DNA of 64,000 nucleotides from Escherichia coli (GTDB lineage Bacteria; Pseudomonadota; Gammaproteobacteria; Enterobacterales; Enterobacteriaceae): NCBI RefSeq assembly GCF_024502345.1, contig NZ_JALDNN010000002.1; one strand, 5' to 3'. Shown piece by piece: positions 57,535 to 64,000 of this stretch (position 1 is its first letter; each line of letters starts with the position of its first letter). The notes under the pieces were generated by a model. It saw only the letters and a program-made list of their open reading frames with translations, ran no database searches and was not told where the DNA came from. The position numbers and the translations under genes were made by a program.

Positions 57535-57891
57535 CTATCGCTCAGCCAATACGAAACCGGCATTGGCTGATGCCACAACCGAGACTAACACAAATGGCTC
57601 GGTACCTGTATTTCGCGCCCCGTGCACTTGGCCCGGTCTTGCCACGGCTATCTCACCTTCCCTGAGGGCACGAACAATCCCATTGCCCTGAAAGTAATCA
57701 GCCATTCCCGACAAAACAGTCCACGTGTCTTGGCCGTGAGGATGAATGTGAGCCGCAATTTCCTGCCCGGGATGGACATGCCAAACCACGATAATTGAGT
57801 CTCGGGTTTCAAGCACAACGGAACGAATAGGCTCGCCTTCGGACGGCTGAACATACTCGGCTACAGAAAATATTCTCGATTCAACAGTCAT
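57535..57891 (-). CDS. Cupin-domain protein
   Basis: About 118 aa with cupin His motifs (HVHPGQEIAAHIHPHGQD). Confidence 0.65.
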   Translation of the reverse strand: MTVESRIFSVAEYVQPSEGEPIRSVVLETRDSIIVVWHVHPGQEIAAHIHPHGQDTWTVLSGMADYFQGNGIVRALREGEIAVARPGQVHGARNTGTEPFVLVSVVASANAGFVLAER

Positions 57892-58282
57892 CGGAGATCC
57901 CTCTTTCACAGTTGTCGTTACGGTCTTCATCGTCGGCATCCTGACGCACGGCGGGCAATTGCTGGAGCAACGCCGGCAGCCATTCCTGTACCGTCTCCCA
58001 CACCACATCGAGGTTGATGTCGAAATAGCCGTGAGCCATGCGATTACGCATATTGCGCATGCTGCGCCACGGCACGTCGGCATGCGCCTGGGTGAACTCG
58101 ACGTAGCCATCCATCACCTTTGTGGCCGCCTCGCCGATGACGATCAGGCTCATGATGACGGCCTGCTGGGTGCGCTTGTCGGCCAAGAAGTCGTCCTTGG
58201 CCATCCCTTCCACGAAGCTGCGCGCATCGGTTGCGGCCTGCTGAATGTGGTCGAGGTAATCGGGCAGGCGGTTCTCGCTCAT
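57881..58282 (-). CDS. hepT: HepT-like (DUF86) toxin
   Basis: R-x4-HGY motif (RNRMAHGYF); overlaps the upstream MNT gene by 4 bp. Confidence 0.8.
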   Translation of the reverse strand: MSENRLPDYLDHIQQAATDARSFVEGMAKDDFLADKRTQQAVIMSLIVIGEAATKVMDGYVEFTQAHADVPWRSMRNMRNRMAHGYFDINLDVVWETVQEWLPALLQQLPAVRQDADDEDRNDNCERGISDDC

Positions 58283-58575
58283 ATCGGTTGCGCCTCCGCG
58301 AGCACCTTGGCCCGGAACTTCGGCGGCAGGTCGCCGGGAGTCAGCAGATCGACGTCAACGCCGAGCAGCGATTTCAGTTCTTCTTCCAAATCGCCCAAGT
58401 CCAACAACGTGGCACCGGGCAGCGCATCGACCAACAGGTCGAGGTCGCTGCCATCCCGGTCGGTGCCATGCAGCACCGAGCCGAAGACGCGCGGGTTCGC
58501 GGCGCGAAAGCGGCCTACCGCTTCACGCACTGCGCTTCGCTTCATGTCAAGCACAACAGACGGTCGCATGCGCAT
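58279..58575 (-). CDS. mnt: MNT-type nucleotidyltransferase antitoxin
   Basis: 98 aa with GS...DLDLLV nucleotidyltransferase motif. Confidence 0.8.
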   Translation of the reverse strand: MRMRPSVVLDMKRSAVREAVGRFRAANPRVFGSVLHGTDRDGSDLDLLVDALPGATLLDLGDLEEELKSLLGVDVDLLTPGDLPPKFRAKVLAEAQPI

Positions 58576-58624
58576 CCTTTCTTATCGAAACTCGTTGAGA
58601 TGATATGCAATCAAGAATAGAATT

Positions 58625-59013
58625 TCAAGAACTTGTATGGGTCCACCACATATTGCAATTTTTACTCTCACGTAAAATATAGTCCACTGGCGTCATCAGT
58701 TCGAGTGATTTATGTGGCCTTTTGCTGTTATACAGCACCAGATATTCAGCCATTCTTTGATTAAACAAATTCAGGTCCTCAAAAAGCAACAATTCATTGA
58801 ATTCAATAAATTGTTCTCTAAGTGTCCGGTTAAATCGCTCACAGGTCGCATTCATTTTCGGTGTGTACGGATAGGTCCAGATGTGTTTAATCGAGGCTTC
58901 CTGTAGCGTTTTATCAAAGTTACCGAGGAACTCCTTACCGTTGTCAGTGACAACTTGTCTGATAGCGACAGGAAAGAGCTTTGTGGCCTTGCTGAAGAAA
59001 TGGCTGGTAATAT
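58625..59013 (-). pseudogene. DDE integrase-core (rve) transposase, C-terminal fragment truncated by IS26
   Basis: ..DNGKEF...WTYPYTPKMNATCERFNRTLREQF..; N-terminal codons of the ORF are IS26-derived. Confidence 0.7.
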
Positions 59014-59833
59014 GGCACTGTTGCAAAGTTAGCGATGAGGCAGCGTTTTGTCTTATTCAAAGGCCTTACATTTCAAAAACTCTGCTTACCAGGCGCATTT
59101 CGCCCAGGGGATCACCATAATAAAATGCTGAGGCCTGGCCTTTGCGTAGTGCACGCATCACCTCAATACCTTTGATGGTGGCGTAAGCCGTCTTCATGGA
59201 TTTAAATCCCAGCGTGGCGCCGATTATCCGTTTCAGTTTGCCATGATCGCATTCAATCACGTTGTTCCGGTACTTAATCTGTCGGTGTTCAACGTCAGAC
59301 GGGCACCGGCCTTCGCGTTTGAGCAGAGCAAGCGCGCGACCATAGGCGGGCGCTTTATCCGTGTTGATGAATCGCGGGATCTGCCACTTCTTCACGTTGT
59401 TGAGGATTTTACCCAGAAACCGGTATGCAGCTTTGCTGTTACGACGGGAGGAGAGATAAAAATCGACAGTGCGGCCCCGGCTGTCGACGGCCCGGTACAG
59501 ATACGCCCAGCGGCCATTGACCTTCACGTAGGTTTCATCCATGTGCCACGGGCAAAGATCGGAAGGGTTACGCCAGTACCAGCGCAGCCGTTTTTCCATT
59601 TCAGGCGCATAACGCTGAACCCAGCGGTAAATCGTGGAGTGATCGACATTCACTCCGCGTTCAGCCAGCATCTCCTGCAGCTCACGGTAACTGATGCCGT
59701 ATTTGCAGTACCAGCGTACGGCCCACAGAATGATGTCACGCTGAAAATGCCGGCCTTTGAATGGGTTCATGTGCAGCTCCATCAGCAAAAGGGGATGATA
59801 AGTTTATCACCACCGACTATTTGCAACAGTGCC
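59014..59833 (-). mobile_element. IS26 copy 3
   Basis: IS26 IRs and Tnp26 (59066..59770). Confidence 0.97.
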
Positions 59834-60402
59834 CTATCCTGCGCCTGAATACTAGATTGTCAGATATGCAGGCAATAATGGAAGAAACACAGGCTTTTGA
59901 AAACCGTGTGCTTGAGCGTCTGAATGCTGGCAAAACCGTCAGAAGCTTCTTGATTGCCGCCGTCGAGTTACTGACCGAGGCGGTCAATATTCTGGTGCTT
60001 CAGGTGTTCCGCAAAGACGATTATGCGGTGAAATACGCCGTCGAACCGCTGCTGGACGGTAGCGGCCCGCTGGGCGATCTTTCGGTCCGGCTCAAGCTTA
60101 TCTATGGGCTGGGCGTGATTAGCCGTCATGAGTATGAAGATGCGGAGCTGCAGATGGCGCTGCGTGAAGAGCTGAACCATGACGGCAGCGAATATGCCTT
60201 CACGGATGATGAAATTCTTGGGCCGCTGGGTGAGCTGCACTGCGTCTCTGCCCTGCCGCCCGCGCCGCTCTTTGACGATAGCGATGCCGACCTGCTGGCA
60301 ATGCAAAAACAGCGCTATCAACAGGTCGTTCGCTCAACGATGGTACTTTCTCTGACCGAGCTGATTTCCCGAATCAGCTTGAAAAAAGCCTTTCAGAAAT
60401 AA
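59834..60402 (+). pseudogene. mtlR: Mannitol operon repressor MtlR, missing about 12 N-terminal codons (IS26 junction)
   Basis: ..LSDMQAIMEETQAFENRVLERLNAGKTVRSFLIAAVELLTEAVNILVLQVFRKDDYAVKYAVEPLLDG.. closely matches E. coli MtlR as recalled. Confidence 0.85.
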
Positions 60403-60407
60403 CACCG

Positions 60408-60623
60408 TCAAACTTCTTTCGCCTGGTTCTCGACCGGCTGATAAAGTTTGCGGTAGTGTTCTAATCGCTCCAGAAACATCGCCGCTTTCTCTTCCGGGAT
60501 CTCTTCCGGTACGTGACTCAGGCGAGGTGATTTCTTCAGATACTCCATAAATGCCTGACTGGACGCCATAAAATCGACGGCTTTGTCGATGACTAGTGGT
60601 ACGTTTTCGCCAAGTTTGCCCAT
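60408..60623 (-). CDS. Hypothetical small protein (71 aa) downstream of mtlR
   Basis: ORF only. Confidence 0.4.
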   Translation of the reverse strand: MGKLGENVPLVIDKAVDFMASSQAFMEYLKKSPRLSHVPEEIPEEKAAMFLERLEHYRKLYQPVENQAKEV

Positions 60624-60774
60624 AACGTCGTCCTCCTCATGATTCCTCTCTTCAGAATGGACAATTAAGGGCGATCCGTTTGAGGAAAATGTGCGGATTC
60701 TCGTGACGGCATGCTAAAAAAGAGATCTGCATAACCATTTCTCTTAAATTACAATAAATTCATGGGATTACTAA

Positions 60775-60886
60775 GGAAGGTGCGAACAAGTCCCTGATAT
60801 GAGATCATGTTTGTCATCTGGAGCCATGGAACAGGGTTCATCATGAGTCATCAACTTACCTTCGCCGACAGTGAATTCAGCAGTAA
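60775..60886 (+). mobile_element. IS5 left-end fragment (about 112 bp)
   Basis: Identical to the first about 112 bp of IS5 copy E, then replaced by a Tn3-family IR. Confidence 0.85.
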
Positions 60887-60923
60887 GGGGTCTGACGCTC
60901 AGTGGAACGAAAACTCACGTTAA
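60886..60923. repeat. Tn3-family 38-bp terminal inverted repeat (solitary)
   Basis: GGGGTCTGACGCTCAGTGGAACGAAAACTCACGTTAAG, exact match to the Tn1/Tn2/Tn3 IR as recalled. Confidence 0.85.
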
Positions 60924-61090
60924 GCGATTGTGGCTGAGAAAAACCAAAGGATCCGGCGAGGATCCTTTGGTGTGCTGACATGACCAGTTTCTTTTGGGAT
61001 ATTTTTTCCCTGCATGAAGTCCTTTATGTCCTGATCATAATGCCATTAAAAATTCTATGCTATGGCTTCGCTATTTTAGACATTCCCTAA

Positions 61091-62286
<1,196 letters not shown>

Positions 62287-62455
62287 TTAATATAAAGACA
62301 CAAGCAGAGACATTTTTGGCACGATATAAAAACGCTAAGTTAAAAAATCACTATGACGTGTTGGGTATCAAATGTTCACTGGCATAAACCTCTGTTTCTG
62401 ATGTAAAACAGATTTTCTGAGGAGGCGTAAAACCTCCTCGTACTGCGAAATTGAT

Positions 62456-62956
62456 TTAGTGATAGCGATCGATCACGCCAACCAGATAGTGGTCGGTTTG
62501 CTGCATGTTGATGCCCGCTTTTTTAGCGCTGCGGACTTCATCCAGAATGATTTGCAACAGCGTCCCGTCCACGATTTCCTCTTTTCTGTATCGCTTCAGG
62601 AAGTTAATCGCTGACTTATCGTTTGCTGCCTGGGCGTCTTCCGTCAAAGAGGTCAGCGCATTAATGCGCTTCTGGTAATCGCTTACCGTCTGCTCAAACA
62701 GATCTTCCAGCGTGGAAAATTCACCGCACCGGGCGTGTTGCTCCTGTAACACCGGCGTGGCGCCGCTCTGTTTGATGTATTCGTACATGCGCATCATTTG
62801 CGTCACCGTATTTTGCGCCTGATGACGCAAAAATAGTGCGGTGCCATTAAGGCTATTCTCGCTGCACCTCTGGCTGAGCTGAAGATACAAATTTGAGGTA
62901 TAAAACTCCTGATTCATTTGCGCATTCAGTTTTTGAACTATTCCGCTAGCGATCAT
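62456..62956 (-). CDS. Ferritin-like protein (FtnB-like bacterial non-haem ferritin)
   Basis: 166 aa; ..KLNAQMNQEFYTSNLYLQLSQ..ILDEVRSAKKAG.. ferritin-fold signature. Confidence 0.8.
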   Translation of the reverse strand: MIASGIVQKLNAQMNQEFYTSNLYLQLSQRCSENSLNGTALFLRHQAQNTVTQMMRMYEYIKQSGATPVLQEQHARCGEFSTLEDLFEQTVSDYQKRINALTSLTEDAQAANDKSAINFLKRYRKEEIVDGTLLQIILDEVRSAKKAGINMQQTDHYLVGVIDRYH

Positions 62957-63231
62957 AGGACTTCCTTATTTCTTGTCATCTCAGAAAACGGTCACTCTTC
63001 GAAAAAACAACCAGAATAAAAGCGATTCTTTCGCTTTTTTTATTGCGCCTGGTTACACAGTCATATTCATTTTAAGTCGGGATGCTCCTTATTTAAATAT
63101 CCAACCCTACTATCGCATTTCTATCTGGCATTATTCTGTGATGGTGTTTCGATATTCACACTCCCTGTGCCAATCCTTTCTTATCGACAGTAGGAAACTT
63201 CCTCCGGCTATTCTGCTGAACACGATTAGGG

Positions 63232-64000
63232 GCACTGTTGCAAAGTTAGCGATGAGGCAGCGTTTTGTCTTATTCAAAGGCCTTACATTTCAAAAACTCT
63301 GCTTACCAGGCGCATTTCGCCCAGGGGATCACCATAATAAAATGCTGAGGCCTGGCCTTTGCGTAGTGCACGCATCACCTCAATACCTTTGATGGTGGCG
63401 TAAGCCGTCTTCATGGATTTAAATCCCAGCGTGGCGCCGATTATCCGTTTCAGTTTGCCATGATCGCATTCAATCACGTTGTTCCGGTACTTAATCTGTC
63501 GGTGTTCAACGTCAGACGGGCACCGGCCTTCGCGTTTGAGCAGAGCAAGCGCGCGACCATAGGCGGGCGCTTTATCCGTGTTGATGAATCGCGGGATCTG
63601 CCACTTCTTCACGTTGTTGAGGATTTTACCCAGAAACCGGTATGCAGCTTTGCTGTTACGACGGGAGGAGAGATAAAAATCGACAGTGCGGCCCCGGCTG
63701 TCGACGGCCCGGTACAGATACGCCCAGCGGCCATTGACCTTCACGTAGGTTTCATCCATGTGCCACGGGCAAAGATCGGAAGGGTTACGCCAGTACCAGC
63801 GCAGCCGTTTTTCCATTTCAGGCGCATAACGCTGAACCCAGCGGTAAATCGTGGAGTGATCGACATTCACTCCGCGTTCAGCCAGCATCTCCTGCAGCTC
63901 ACGGTAACTGATGCCGTATTTGCAGTACCAGCGTACGGCCCACAGAATGATGTCACGCTGAAAATGCCGGCCTTTGAATGGGTTCATGTGCAGCTCCATC
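63232..64000 (-). mobile_element. IS26 copy 4 (right end runs off the window)
   Basis: IS26 IR GGCACTGTTGCAAA at 63232; Tnp26 63283..63987 complete. Confidence 0.95.

Overview
This window is a mosaic, multi-replicon enterobacterial plasmid region (RepFIB-type rep plus RepFIA ori2/repE/incC) that is extremely dense in insertion sequences: IS5 (five copies plus a fragment), IS1 (two full, one truncated, several fragments), IS26 (four copies), IS903 (two), three IS110-family elements, and IS911, IS30, an IS3-family fragment, IS2 and an IS630-family element. All calls rest on reading the supplied ORF translations and the DNA by eye; no searches were run. Recognisable cargo: an xerC-type tyrosine recombinase next to an MCR-9/MCR-10-lineage phosphoethanolamine transferase (colistin resistance); plasmid-borne type 3 fimbriae mrkABCDF with an IS-truncated mrkJ; four type II toxin-antitoxin pairs (higBA, ccdAB, vapBC, hepT/mnt); a TetR-linked redox-stress cluster; and a BCCT transporter. 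The best candidate for an undescribed or poorly described system is an IS-decayed defence island at 12.2-15.6 kb: a WYL-domain BrxR-like regulator, a GmrSD-like DUF262/DUF1524 nuclease and a 5' fragment of type I hsdM cut by IS911/IS30, preceded by a 1.4 kb ORF-poor, hairpin-rich segment. Other uncharacterised candidates are a convergent gene pair split by IS5 at 31.7-35.4 kb, two small operons and a palindromic repeat array beside RepFIB, and several unusual IS junction architectures.
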